DNA of 64,000 nt, from the NCBI RefSeq assembly GCF_002571385.2, contig NW_019217975.1, positions 20,255-84,254 of the forward strand, written 5' to 3'. Shown in pieces: positions 42,601 through 57,600 of this stretch. The notes below the pieces were generated by a model, which saw nothing but the letters and a program-made list of their open reading frames with translations, did not search any database and had not been told where the DNA came from. How positions within the stretch are numbered: the stretch's first letter is position 1; each line of letters begins with the position of its first letter. The DNA is from Stylophora pistillata. Its lineage: Eukaryota. The position numbers and the translations under genes were made by a program.

Positions 42601-45600
42601 GCTATGACTAAGCTCAAACTGTATGGACAGTGTGGAGTATTGCCATTTAGATCTTGGGGGTGAGAGAGTTGATCGGGACACCGCGGAACATTTTTGATTA
42701 ATGAAAAAAATTACGGCAATGTTTTGGTGTCGTTCCGCTACGCTTTGTGATGTTCCATTTCGGGTGTTTGTTTTTGTTTATTTTTTGAAACTGGCTCCAA
42801 ATTCCCAACCAATCAGATTCAAAACTAAAATCTAGCAAAAATTGGCCATGCACGATTTCGCGCACTTGTGTTTTACCTCTTATTTATGACACTTGCCTTA
42901 ACGCCTTGTCTAAAGCCTAAATACTTAAGTTATTGGTTCTCACCCGAAAAATTTGAACCTCCTTGTCTTTTCGTTCCTTTTTCCTAATGCAACAGGTGTT
43001 GAAGGCCCTGACGTTTCGTCCGCTGTCAGATCTCCAGTAGATACCACGGGCTCATTAGTTACCCAGACCACGTCTGTGCTTTCGGTTCTTGTGCTATTAT
43101 TACCTTCCTCTGTGGTGGATGAAATCAGCGCTAGAGTTGATGCGTTTTGCGTTTCTGTACACGTCGTAAACGTAGCCACAAATTCTCCAGATAAGCGGTA
43201 TTGACGGTTCGCTCCCACCTGAGTACCGTCTACGTTTTGCGTTTGCAACGCAGTTGCATCGTAGCCAGGTATCGTTGCTACGAACTCACCAGATAATCGG
43301 TAAACGATACGCGGTGGCGCGCAGCGGTCGTGGAAACGTGCGATGAATTTTTCTTGTGGTGCGTAGGGTGTCTCTGGCTGAAGAGGAATGCACTGTATGA
43401 TCGGTCGCTCAACAGAAATAGAAATGGTGTTACTAGGGTTGGGAAGTAAGATATTAGAAGACTGATTGTCTTTGGTGGACGGCTCATCGGGTTTGTCAAA
43501 TTCCGCGTCTGAAATCTCCGAGCCGCAATATGTGAGTTTTACAAAACTAGAGACAGAGCTGAAAGAGGTTCGGTCGCTTCGTCTAGTTGGACTGTTCCCT
43601 GCCTTGACAAAGTGCTCAACTCTGCCGCTATCTTTCCGGGAGAGTCTCTCAGTGGAAAAACAAGTTGAAACATCCTCGTTCTTCATGTCGCAATTCTCTA
43701 TAACGCAAGGCCGTTCGAGGTCGCTGGTTTTGAGAAAATTGTTATTTTCGTCCTCGCTTCCAAGAAATGTAACGTTAGTTTTCACATTATCAACGGAGAA
43801 TGATGAAAGTCTCGGGTTTGCCGGATCAAAATGTAATCTAGCGGCGCTTCGACCCGGCGTACACCACGGCTCTGTCTTTGCTGTCATGGAACTGTCACTC
43901 GACTCGTCCCCATCCTCTGCTTTGCCGCGATAAGGTGCGTTGTCGCTGTCATATTCTTTCTCGCCGTTATACCGCAACTTGGGACTGGAAATGAGTCGCG
44001 CAGTTTCTGTGCACGTACGTTTCTGCGGAACAAGAGGAGGTAGAAGCATATCGTTACCCGAAGTATCGCTCGAAGCCAGTGGAACGATACGTCGGTTCGG
44101 CTTTGTACGCGGTCGGCGATACTCGGGATGCCGAGAGGCTGCGTGAGCGTAGCGCGAAGAGAATTTCTCCCCTTCGCACTCTCTAAGTTGCTCGGCGACG
44201 AATTTTTGGAGAAGCGAACGAAGGTCTCCTTTGTTACTTGTGTTCGTTATATCTTTCATAGGAATGTTCTCTTTGTCTCCTTCCACATGAATGGTTGTAT
44301 TTCCATCGTCGATTTCAACGCTGACGATGCTATAACTGCAACTGGCTCGCTTTTTTCTAAAATTCGTAGACGCCTGATTCAGATTGGACTCAACCGACGG
44401 AAATTCTGGTATCGGAGAAAGGGTTTTACTTTTAAAAGACTTCGACACTTGAAAATCTTCTAGTTCGTCTTCAGTGGAGGACGACTGGGGTGAAGGAACC
44501 AGGCGGTAGAACATTTTCATCGGCGTTCCGAACGTGTAACTACGAGTTGCATCGGTATCAGACTCCGCCGAACTTTCATCCGAACTTGGCCGATGGGTCA
44601 TTTTTTGTGGGACGACTTTCTCGGCCGCAGGCTCTGCGCATATTTCGTTCACATCCCGCAAGCTTTCTTCGAGCTCCGGGAAAAGAACATCATTTTCATT
44701 TCCAGTGAAATTTCTTTCCAAATGTGGATCAACCTCGATATCAGATTCTTCCTCTTCGCAAAACGCCTCGGCTATGATCGCATCGTCGGCGAGTTGTTTT
44801 CCCCACTCAAGCTCGGTGTCGTCGTACGAGAAATCGTCGGAGCTTGCCTCTCGGGTCTCCTCGAGGACATAACACAGATCGGGCGTGTCCGAAACCGGCG
44901 AGTGAGGTTGGCAGTTTTCAATAAGCTCTGCAGTTGTCTCGCCACCTTCTTGGTTATCTTTATTCTCGAAATGATGCAAAACTTCGTCATCACAGTGATC
45001 TCGTTCAAAATCGAACGAAGTTGTGGAGACATTTGCAGTGTTAAAATCATAACGTGTGATGCCTTTCTGCCGAGACATTTCATAGTCGAACAAATCCTGT
45101 TCGGCATCGAGCGATTCCAGAGATTTTGAGTGGATTTCGTTCACAGCTTCGCAAGTTAGGAAGGAAAACGATGGCGCTTTCGCCATGACGATGCTCTCCC
45201 CGTCCGAAGATTCGCTTGAGGTCTCCGGACTCACAACACGCGTTCTTAGCTTGTCCTCCTCGCCTGGAAAGCTTTGCACCGGAATAACTACAGTGCTGTT
45301 ACGAGAATTCATACTTTCATCAATGTCTAAGTTGGGACCCAATCCAGATGGTATAATTAGGGTGTCAAGAGCTGCGGCTGTTATTTCCTTCACAACAGGG
45401 TTGCTGTAAATGTCGCTTTCTTGCCTCTTACTTCTTTTTATTGATTCTTTGTTTGATGTCTCTGAAAGGCTGGAAGAACTTCCTTTGTTTTCTAGAAGTC
45501 TTTTGCGACTTGATGCCTGGGGTTCGGGTATGACTTCGATTTCGGTTTCATAAGACGATTCCTCTGTGTATTCTTCGCTAAATTCCCTCCCTTCTCCTTG

Positions 45601-48600
45601 CTCCCTCTCTGAAAATAGTTCTTCCTTCCCTCCGTCCCCGAAAAGGCTACTGCTATCCTCGCTTCCTTCGACTTCGCGTTTCAAGACAGTGTCTTCGTCC
45701 TTATCCTCCGCTTCTTCGTTCTCTATCGCTTCGAGTTTCCGCACCAGGGACCTTGTGCTACTGGAAACGCTTGATTTCCTAATTGAGAGCCTTGTTGGTG
45801 GGCCCTCGTTGTCTGTGAGGTCCCGGTCACTTATGGCCCCGTCGGGACCCACGTAAATCACAGTATCACACGACTCTTCACCCGTGCTCGAGTTGTAGTC
45901 GGAACTACCCGGCTCACCGATCGGGCAATCTTCGCGGAGTTTCTCGTTTAAAGCTGTGGTCCGAAGCCTAGGTTCGGCTGTCCGAAGTCTTGGTTTGCGG
46001 ATTCGGGCCTCGTCGCAAGAACTTTCTCCGCCGGATGAGCTTGTACTCGATCCCTGAATAAAAGGCAATATAAATAAAAATTAGATTCATTAATAAATGA
46101 ATAAATAAAGCAAAAGAAAAATCCACAACAAAGCTTAATGGCTCTTTTCAGATTTCTATCTAAGATAGAGTCAATTGCAAAATATCGTAAGTTCTTCGGG
46201 TAAAATTGTTTCCTTACAAATTCTAACTTTTATACGATCCCTGAAATTAGAAAAAACAACCCAAAACAAAACCAAAATTCGTCAGTAAAAAGATCAAGTT
46301 CTTTTGTTTAAAGAATCCTGTAGAAAAAATTGCAGTTAATTGGAAAATATCTTAAGTTTCTCCTTGTGAAATTTCTCCGATTAAGTGTTCACGTTCCTTT
46401 TGTTCATGAACTGATTCGTGGAAAGGACAAATTTGTAAATGTTTAGATGGAAAGCAGTTGACAACTTGTGGGTTTCAGAATTTTCAAAAAGTTCGAGTTC
46501 GAAAATAAAACAAAGAAAAGAACAGAGAGCCGTCATTTGATATGTTTTCTTTTGTACTATGTACAGTTTCATAGAGTTTTATTACTGTGAGTTGCACATG
46601 TGATAAAGATTATTATGTATTCTCCAATATGGTTCAGATTATCCTTGATGAGTCATAGATGTTCAAAGAATGAGATATTTTTCGCCATCCCTGTTCAAAA
46701 AAATGTTCTTTGGCGCATTACAAGCAACTTTCGGCTTTTTTCAAAGCTATTTTATAAATTAAAGTCGTTAGATCTTATCACCGAAGTACATGTTTTAGCT
46801 TGCAAGTGTTTCTACATGTGACCTAAATGTAGAACTTGCAGTTATTGTTTTAAGGGAAGAAACTGTGTCTGCTGAAAAGTGTTTTCACCAACAAACGACA
46901 GTATTAAACTGTTGTATAACTCATGCAGTTCTCAGCGTGGCTAAGAAATTTCTTCGATTTCTACACTGTTTAGAAACAACAGGGTATCGGAATTCACGCC
47001 GAGAATTAAGTGTTTCCTCGCCCCGGGGGTGAGCCAAAAAAAGAAAACAACTTTGATGTAAAACATATATTTAAGAAAAATTACATAAAAAGATTTAAAG
47101 GCATTGTAACGTCATAAGTTTGCTGAAAATGCAGAACAGTTTCGTTTAAAATTATTGTCAACTATGTTGAATTCTTTTCCACTTTTGGCTTAATGGATAT
47201 ATTGAATACTTGCTTCACAAAACGTTTTTAAATTTTCTCAACGGGACGTCTTGCACGCAAACATAATGCATCTGTGAAGAATGCGTTAGCACTGCATTTC
47301 ATTTCAAACTCTTAAAATGGGTCTGCATTTGAGTTTCTTTAACGAATTTTGCGACATCTTACGACAATGGGCGAAGAAGGCGTTTTTCGCCGTACCCGCT
47401 CTTCAAGATTAGCAACAGTTTTATTCAAATCGTAATTGCTGAGATTTTAATCTCGTATCTTATCAGCGAGTTAGTAACCTTCAAGAGAAATCCAGTTATT
47501 TGCTGTCATTTGTCTTCTGTTCGGAGTTGACTAAATTTGGACGAGAATTCTAGGACAGTTCAAGAGGAACTAAAACGCTAGTTTTCAAGAGACGCGTTTT
47601 GCATATCGGCAAAAGCTTTACGAAAGTTTCCTTCTGTTTAAGGAGAAATACTTGATAAGATTATCGCATTAGCATGAAAGCTATTAAGAATTAAGAGGAA
47701 CAAAGGCTTAATACTTTCCACGAATTTGCGACAGGTTGCCTAATTACAACCAATTTGAACTTAAAGTCGCTCCCATTTGCACTTACTGATTAAAATCTTT
47801 AAAATGTCTTAAACAAATCGCTTAAAGTATCTCTTTCTCTCGCTGCGTCGACGACTTAAGTTTGAAAAAAATTGAATGCAAGATTCAGTCAGATTTGAAG
47901 TCGTTGGTCCTGTTACTTCCTATCAAAGGAACGTAAACACAATTCCATTCATCTGGTATCCTTGGCTTTTCGTAATACTTATACAAATTTGTTAAATGTA
48001 ACTCTATTGAAGTACAGATTTCGGTGTAGGTCTAAATTATACCAAAACAATGCACTACAGGAGAACAAACCACAAACAGCCGATCTGAGGGATTTTACAG
48101 TACGTTTGCGCCACAAAACCACATTTTTATGTAATGCAATAATGCATTAATTAGTTCAGCCAAAATTTTCTGAACAGAAAGTGAACAGATTTGTTTTTAT
48201 TTCACGAAGAGAAGTCGAGTAATGACCGCTGCTATTATCAGTTATTCTAATCGAGTGGGCAACGTGCACATTTTGGATAAATGTGGCAAAATCTTTCTTC
48301 GGTGTAGCTAGAATAGTTTCTTTATGCACCTTAATTGTGCTAGAGAAATTGATGATTCTATTTATGTTTTATCATTCTCACCCTAAATTTCTTTTACTCA
48401 CCAAAATTTGGCAGAAGACCTGAGAGTGTCACCCCAGTCGCGGTAAGATAATCACGAGAGACCGAGAATGCGTTGGATATCAATACACCGTGTTTGTTGG
48501 CAAATGCCTTTGAACCAATCACTTTAGCCGAAGGGAGGTATTTCACTTGAAAAGAACTTTTGAAGCATGGAGGAATTAATGAAAACGTCCCATAACTAGG

Positions 48601-51600
48601 AAAGAGATAACCTGTCTTTTGTTTTCGTCCTATTAAAGGCGAAATTAAGAGACCGCAAGAACCAATAAATGTAAAAAGAACGACAAATATTTTTATCGAT
48701 TAAACACGACCTTTGGACAAGAACTCAATTGATTCCATCTTATCTCGTACGTGATTTAATGAGATTAAAAACATGTAAACAACTATGAAAAAATCAAAGT
48801 TCGAAAACACTCCTGTGTGTGTTTTTTATCAGCAACGTAGAGTAAATTAATGGTTTCAATTGAAGGATCAAAGATCGTGCGATGTTCAGAAGTTGTCGTG
48901 AAAACCTCGGTCAAAATTCGATAGTTCGTGATACCTCGCTAAGGCACAACGCTAACGCACAACGCTAACGCACAACGCTAACGCATCAACTTAACGGCCT
49001 GCTCCCGGTTGGCTTGTTAGCTCAATTGGTAGAGCGCTGCACTAGCATCGCAGAGGTCAGTGGTTCGAATCCCGTACAGGCCTGATTTTTTTCAGGTCTG
49101 ATTTTTGCTATTGCATAAATAGCGCTATCTACTGCGAAGGATCGTGCATCATACATATGCACTGTATCTTGTACGAAATTAGTTTTTCGGCCGCTATTGC
49201 TGGGTTTATCTTATGAATCTACTATGTTCGGCAATTGCCGTTTCCTCTTCGGGCCCAAGTCGGAAAGTTTGTTTTCATTCTGCTATGACAATTAAATAAA
49301 GAGAGTTTATAATCTGATATAAAGAAGCCATAGATACCTTTCCCTTTCGCTTTCGCAGACGGTGAAGCCTGGTAGCTAGTTGCACAGTGGCCAAGGTTTC
49401 AGCATAGAATGGAAGCGAGGGTGACACATGCGCTATCATCGTCGTTCGACACGATGTGTTTCCGATAGACTCTTGGAGCATGCGTGTTATTTTGCTAGTC
49501 CTGTAAGGAAGAGACAGACGTGAGACATCAGTGACACGAAGAATAAGTCAAAAAATTCCAACGCCTATCAATTGCTCTTTTTCATATTGTTAACTCAAAC
49601 ATTTAAAAGTTATCAACGTGGTGCCAATATTCGAATACCCGACATTCTTCAGATGAAATTGCGAGAAATCACATGACCTGCTCAGTGTAAAGTGATAGGT
49701 TCACTGCACCTGTGTGGCACGTGCTTGGCGCCATTTATAAGAGAAATGATGACGTTTCCCAGCCCCGACAGCGACATGCTGCTAGCACCTCCATCTTTCT
49801 TGGACCCAGTGTACCCTTCGCAGCTGGCGAGATCGATCAAATGTAGCCGGGAGCGCCCCCCGTGAACTGGGGACAGGAAGAAAAGAACACACCTGTCAGT
49901 GAAGGTACGTACACGGAAGAAACGGAAGTCCATGAAGGTACCTCCGCAATTTTAAGTATGCGCGCCTTGGAGCATGTAAAAAAAGAAAAAAAAAACTCTC
50001 TTGATAAATAGTAAGTAAGAAAGAATCTTTAGATAGTAATGAGTCCGAGTGGACTAAATGAGTACCAACTAAATAGGATCCAAAAATTCAACATACAATA
50101 GTTAAAACACTTCAGATTTGTTTTTAATTAGTTAATCTGCAAAGCTTACAGAAATAACTGTCTTTTTTTTAAATTTTTTTTTTAATGGTCCAATATTCCA
50201 CTTTTGACCGTAAGAACGGTGCGCAAGTCTCATAGTGTCTTTGCCTCTGAATATATTACTAACACATGGTAGCACAATCCGCCATTATATTTAAAAAACG
50301 GATGATGATGTATGCGCATAGGAAGGACGAGTTGATTACTTACCTCCCCCAACATTCTTAGAATTTTCTTCGACACGCTACTGGTAAATATGTACAGTGA
50401 AAAACATGTGAGAATTCATGCTTTCTTCCCATTCTGTATTTTCTCCTGAAAAAGAAAGAGAGGGTTGTAAGCAAAAATGGTAAAAATATCAAAACGCTGG
50501 CCCTAGTGGAGGGCGTTAAATGCAATTGTGAACTTCATACTGTGCCCATGGTAAATTTCTCAGAGTATCACGGCCAGTGTTTCCTACCCTCAGGTTTGTT
50601 GTTTACTGGTCTGGTTCTCGAGGCCAGAGCCGCATCCAGATAATAAGCTGCTTTTTCAGCAGAAGCTACCCGAAGCTCGGTAGGGTTAATTTCCTGCAAG
50701 GATAGGAAAAGCAAGACTTTTGTCAGTAAAGTATTGCCTTCCTTCACAAACCTCGAAGGAAATATATTAAGAATTTCTTAGGCGAATAACCTATTACTCG
50801 AAATTTGTTTTTTCACGTTGATCTCGTGAGAACAAGTTGACTTTGACGTGAATTCTTTGCAAAGGCTTTCTCTTTCTCGATCGCTTTAACGTTAGAATTT
50901 CTCAGCATCATTTGAAACATTGACCGGCAGGGAAACATTTGTCTGTGTTAAAGATATTTTGTAATTATTACCTGAGCTCCACCATTGCGATCTTCACGAA
51001 GGAACACGCTGGGACTTGGGTCCACGGAGCCATTTTCTGATCCTACAAAACATTAGAATAAGGAGAATGTGGGGGTCATCGTCAGCATTATCATCATCAT
51101 CATCATTATCGCTATCACCATTGTTTTTATTGACGTCCACCTCGTCGTCACCGTTATCACAATAAACCACGAACAAAAGTCAGTCTCTCATTGTTATTAA
51201 GATTAAACTTGCATTACCTGTTGCTTGTTCTGTGAGCAAATCCCGAACGGTTTCCGAGCGACCGACGATCTCCACTGCTGAGACACGAACAGAAAATCTC
51301 GTCCCAGTTCTGCAAAACAAGGAAATACAACATATCTGCCATGTTTTCCTTGATAATTCTCCTTTCTAGCCGCTGTGCATTTGTTTGTGAATGATATTCA
51401 GCAAATTCGGTGTTATAAAAACATAACACGGTCTAGTTGATAGATTTATTGCTCTCATAACGAGGCTGTAGGACTAGTATAGTAAACTGACATTGCAAGG
51501 GGAAGTTGTAGGTGAATCGCTTATGGAAGCAGTGGGTTCAAAAGCTATTGATTCAAAAGTTCCTGATTTAAATATACTTTTAAGAAAATCACAACGACAT

Positions 51601-54600
51601 CTTACTTCTGTTTCTGCTCGCTAATCAGTCTGAATAACCACGACAGAGCGCAAGGGATCAGCCCCAAAGTTTGCTCCTTCTCATCACGTCCAACCATAGT
51701 GTTAGTTTTACCTGAAAGAGAGAGCCAGAAATAAATAATAGCTAAAGTGGCTTTATTTTCAATTTTCTGAATACTTTAAAGGCACACCTACCTAATCCAG
51801 CGTGACCGTACGAAAACAAACAGCCCTCAGAGCCACCAACGACAGCTTGAAGAACATCTACCAGAGAGCCTGAACATACTTCAACCTGGGAAACAAAAAA
51901 AAAATTACATCATGGTTTCGAGTGATTCAAAGACGATATTGTTGTTCTTACTTTACTTTTGAGATTATCTGTTTATCATATTGTGCAAGATGGTTCAACT
52001 TTTATTATAACCTAAATCACGTAAAGCGCATGCTCGGAACGTTCAATTCATTGTCTAAAATTTGCCCNTGGATGTATGCTGTTGACACGAGCAAATGTTT
52101 TCTAGTAAACAAATGTTTCGCAAGAAAGTGTTTTCCATCTTATAAAACAAATGGTAATCGCCTCGAGCGACTCTTACGCTTCTTCTGTGCTTAGAAACCT
52201 CCCGCGTGCATCCATAACTCAATAATGTACGCTGTAGTGTTAACCATTTGTTAAATTCTGTAAATGAAACTCAAGGGTGTGTCTATTCATATGAAAACTA
52301 TCGAGATGATTTTGCAATATTTTGTTTACTGTACTACTCAACGTCGATCTAACGTCCATGTTGGCGAATGAGTCGTGTGTTGTGTAACAATCCAGAATCC
52401 TCCACCCACCTGAGTGCAGTCCGACTCAAAGATCGAATCAAATGCAAACATCTTTGGAGCAGCCACACCCATTTTCCTGTGCGTTTGTGACACGTGACCT
52501 ACTGTACTCGGATCATACAGTGTGACTTGTTTTCGTTTCTGATCCACTTTCATAAAGGACCCAGTCTCTCCAGGAAACGATGGACAGATTCGTAGCATCA
52601 CTTTGACCTACAGAGGAGAATTGGAGTTTGTAGGAAAGTGAAAATTTTTTTAATCTCCGCGGTCATGGCCTCTCCGACGAGTGAAACTAATACACTTACC
52701 TTTCCATCCGTTCTCTTGGTATGCATCTTAAGCAGGCCAGGTGGCACAGCTGGACTTGATATTCGAAGCACTTCCTTGTAGTTAGAAGGAAAGGGGTATG
52801 GTTGAACCTCCTTGTGCGCATGCCTTGACGGGGTCAGTTGGACCACAGGGGTGGGGTGGTACGGTAGCGCTTCTTGTTTGTGGCTTTGACCCTTTTTGTG
52901 CTTCTTTTTCGAAGACAGTAACTTTTGAGCAGCTCTGGATTGATTAACAAATGTTCATGTAAGTCAGAAATGATTGACAAGCAACTTCTCGTCACAATTT
53001 CAATACTTCGTCAAAGGAAGTATTGAAAGGACTGAGAAAGAAGAACCTTATTCGTAAGATGATTTTGTCTTGATCAATATTATAAGCTGGATTATACACG
53101 TATTTTGATTGGTTGTTACTTAAGATCTGTTGGAGATAGACGCATAGATGACGTGACCATCAAGATAAGTTTACCTCTTTCTCATATGAAACAAATAGAT
53201 TCCATGTTGCTGTGGGTTTGTCCAGTGATAGGTAGATCACAGAAGAAGTCAAAATGTGGTAAGTAGGTTAGTGACACCTTCAGTTGCGCCTCGGGTGCCA
53301 CTCTTTCGTCCTTACCAGAACAGAAACACGTTAACATGGAATTTATTTGTTAAATAAGACCAAACTCATTTAAACCGGCTCGCCATTACATTGGAAGAGA
53401 TACCAAGTAGGTAGTGAGAGTGAAAGGCTAACGCTCCAAGGTACAAAATACAAAGCAGCCAAGCCCGCGTTTACAAACATTTTTCTTAGGCAGACACCTT
53501 CACATATCACGGTATCATTTTCCATTCTCGACCAAAACCGTGAAAAATTAAACTTAAATTGCTTTATTGAACGTGCTTTTGGCACAGAACTATCATAATG
53601 AATGGCATCTGTCATTCAAAGTAAAATAAAACATTCCAAAACGTTTTTTTGTGGGGAGACGTCAGTCGCAAGTGGCGTCGTTTGAATGGGATTAATTCGG
53701 AATGCCATCTGGAATAAAGTGCAGATACCCAAGTATTCAATGATTATTAGCAAAATCATAATAATTGGATTTGTGCTGTTGACAGAAGACTGTGGTAAAA
53801 CCCACAACGCGTTTCAAGGGATCTGATTGCTTCCGATTTATTGTGCTATTATCTTCTTAAGCTTAATTAATCCCTAATGCAGATTTGATTTTTGTTAATT
53901 TAAAGGTGTAAGGAAAGTGAAACGCGAGAGCTTTGCGAAATAAAAGAAAGAAAAAAAAAACAAAACCAAAAGGTTAAAGAAGCACTAGATCAACCGTGCG
54001 GATTACAAATGACCCCCGTAGAAAGTTTACGACAAAGTTTTCGACTTGAAGGGACTTAATTCCCCAAATATCCTTGCAACAAATTCTTCATGGGCATCGT
54101 AGCTCAGTTTATAGTAATTGAAAGGCACAGGTTTTAAAGCTTGTTGAAGCCTTCAATTTTCTCCAGCGTTTTTTTCTTGCAACTTTTTAATTTGCTGTAT
54201 ACGCCCGTGAATTGTAGTTTCTATAAATAGAAGCAGAAGGCGCCAATAGGTCAAGAAGTAAGTTGCGTTCTTTCGAGAACCCTACAAAACCTCTACGTGA
54301 ATCCGGTTACGAAACGATTGAAAGACGAATCTAGCCAACAGAAAGACAGTCCCTGGATGGAATTTCGTAATTCATTACAATTCACCAATCTTAGGTAGCC
54401 CTACAAATGATTTTTCATGCTAAATTCATTTATCACTTCTTTGAAGCTATTAGCAGAATAAACACTCTCAATAAAGCAAAAAAAAACCACTGTAAACTCA
54501 TAACCCCTTTTAAGTGACTAGCATCTAATTTCTCCTTACAATATCACCACTGAATCACATATTTAGGTCATGAGAATAAAGAAAATGATCACCACTCAGA

Positions 54601-57600
54601 GAAGCTCTAGGTTTTAAACCAAATTCTCCTTGTCAACATCTTGGAAAATCCAAAGGAAACAGTATGGAGAATATGCATGCATAGCGAAGCAAGGGTGCCA
54701 ACCTGACGAGTATGCGTCATAATGCAAACATTTCTACGTCAATCAACAGAACACTGAAGAGATTAAAGATTTAGTTATACAGGAAAACGCAGTGATTAGC
54801 TGAAGGAAACCCTTCATTACACCACAAAGGAATGGCATGAGAGTTGAAAAGAGTTTCGACATAGAGAAAGTAAATATTTGGAAACGATTAAACAAGATTT
54901 AAAACTGTGATATTCTTAGAACGACGAACAAAGGTTTCGATTTCGCACGTCAGAATAACTTGAACGTAATCAGCAAGGTGAATTCGCTTAATTAGACCGT
55001 GTCCAGTTTGAAGAGTTTATGAGGAAAAGTAAAACTCCTTTTGCGTCGCATTAGCACTGTGGAAACGTGGTGCATCTCATGACTGATAGGTTGTTAAAAA
55101 GTTTAGTTTTCCTAAATGTAGTAAATTTTGTAAAAGCGTCTTGTTTTTCTTTACACCCTGCCGCCCAAAAAGTATACGACGATGTGTTACAGATTTTCAG
55201 AAAAGGGAAGCAAAGGAAATGTTTTTAATTCTATGCCTGAATAGCGACAGACTACCTCGAGGACATATTCTGCAAAAACTTCGGATAAGTTGCGTTAAAC
55301 TCCACCGACAGATGTGCAATAAGCAAGGATTGAAGTTTTAAATTAATCAAACTAGTAAAGGTTGGATAGAAAATCTAGGATGCTTCTCAAACGACGCATG
55401 TAATGTGAGGTAAAAAAGACATGGGTAATGACTCTGATATCAACATATTGATTGGACCTGCCTTAAAAATAAACGCCACTCGCGCTTAACCATGTGATGA
55501 CCAGGCGCGCGATACCGAAAGTTATCAAACCCTCCGTAATGAAATACACAAAGTAAGCTACCTGAGTCTTCTTAGGACCAATTCTTGTTTCGAAGTTAAT
55601 GCCTTACGAGTGGATAAACAGGTTAAACTCAGAGGTAACATTTCTGCAAAGTTGTACCCACGCTTACTTCGCACTACGTCCATTGCGGCAACGTGGAAGC
55701 GGAAGAGTGCCGTCCAAAGAATCTAGAGTGCAGTTGAAATTTGGTTTTCCGCATCCTGTGAGGTTGTCACAGGACGGATGCAATAAAATTCACTGACAAT
55801 TTGTTTACTCAACAATACAAAGAAGCAATGACAAAAACACAACACAGGCGGGTTTTGTAGGCGGGACATGCTGATTCTCGTTGACTTTGAGAGAAATGTC
55901 AACTGACATTTTATATATAACAGAAGACACTGAGTAGGATGCATTCCATCAACTTTAATTTTGAAGTGAATGGCTTTCAAACAAACTTATCCAGCTTACG
56001 TTTTTTCCAACCCATGGAGGTGCGGCTGCATCGTAAAAAGATACTTTTTTGGCGTGCAAAAGATTTTCGTGTTTTGATTGAAGAAGTCTCAAAGCGTTTC
56101 AGATTCCTTTGGTCGAGACCCACTAAGTGCTGTGACTTCTCTCTTACCACACTCGATGAAAGAGTTGCTACAAGTGTGAAAGGTATTTGTTGTTTTTCCG
56201 GAAACATTTTCATCCAAATAACTTCTTTTAACTAAAAATATCATGTGTGCAGACTTTTCTTTCTTTTAGCCATCTTTCTCTTTTGTTTAGTAAATTTTGT
56301 TTTGTTTAATCGGAGGTTTCTGCTTACACTATAAACATCAGATTTAGCCAGACAACCCTCTCTGGAATCTTAAACAAGACACTTTGACGCAGGCGCTTTA
56401 AGAAAATGCAGTCCTACTAAAGCACGACTTTGTTTCAACGCACTCTTTGAGCTACAGTATTAGCAAATTTACTCTAAACTGTCAAAGACAGGTTTCCTTT
56501 CTCAAGCTTGTTTGTACAAAGAGCTAAAATCACGCGATTTGTTTATTATTCTAACCTTAAGGATTAGTGTGGTTGATAAAACTATTTACAAACTTAACCA
56601 GAAAAAATTCTTTATAATGCTTTACGACACATTCATTTCCGCTTAAACAGGTCAAAATTTGACAAGCCCTCCACTAGCAAAGAGGTTTTAAAAATCTCTA
56701 TGAGTGTGATTACAGAATGACTAAAGATAATGTCTTATTTATTTGGCCAAGGGACAATACTTCATTCACGAAATTTAGCACTTTGTTGAAGAAAAACCTC
56801 TCAATGGTAAAGTCAAGCTGACAATTTGAACAACTGCTAAGTAATTCTCTTTCAAAGGCCAAGGGAGCGCTCAGCATGTTATACGATAGCTTTCGATTTT
56901 ATCAGAGCACATTTCGATTAAGCGTCGTAAAACCAAAGTAATTTATAAATTTTGCGCGGAAAATTAGCGCGCGGCCAACAAAAATTAATTCCAATGCGCA
57001 TGCCCGACGTTTGAATGCTGTGTTGACGCAGGTGATCAAGTCACTCCTGGTGAGCCTCAACAGCTAAGAAGGTGGCGCGGTTAAGCCAATGGCAGAGCTT
57101 GCTAAAGTAAAACCAAAGAAATTCTGCTTAAAGTGCTACTGAAACGAAATTTTCGTATCTGAAATATTTGCTCTAACCTGTAGTTTTGAATATGCTGATC
57201 ATCATGAGATAATTTGCTTTGGCCAAAAAGAAGCGAAAGACATCTTTTTTAACCGTTCAAATCAAAAATTTTACACAAAACCATGTCCGGGCCCTGGTAC
57301 CGAGCGAAATGGATTGATGACGTCACTGGTTGTGTTCACTCTGATAGCGTGGTTTATTTCACTCACTGTTTGTTTGTATTCGTGGGCGAAGGAGATGGCA
57401 GAAATTGAAGTTTTGTCAAGTGAATCTTCTTCTGAACGAAGCGAAGTTGTCTCCAGTAGCGAAGACGAAGATGGTGGCGTAAAATGGGGTTGACAGGCCT
57501 ACACGAATCCCAAGCGTGTGTTTTGGGTAGCGTATTCAAAGTTTAGCCCTCACGAGTATGTCTTTGAGCGACCGCCCTCTTTTGTAAGATACGAGCGGCG

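Noticed and set aside
42953-45856. Many plus-strand ORFs
   Set aside because: Antisense shadows of the large KIF26 exon.
49009-49082. Possible tRNA gene
   Set aside because: Acceptor stem pairs poorly and it is embedded in a longer repeat with related copies at ~1120-1414 and ~54095-54200; treated as SINE-like.
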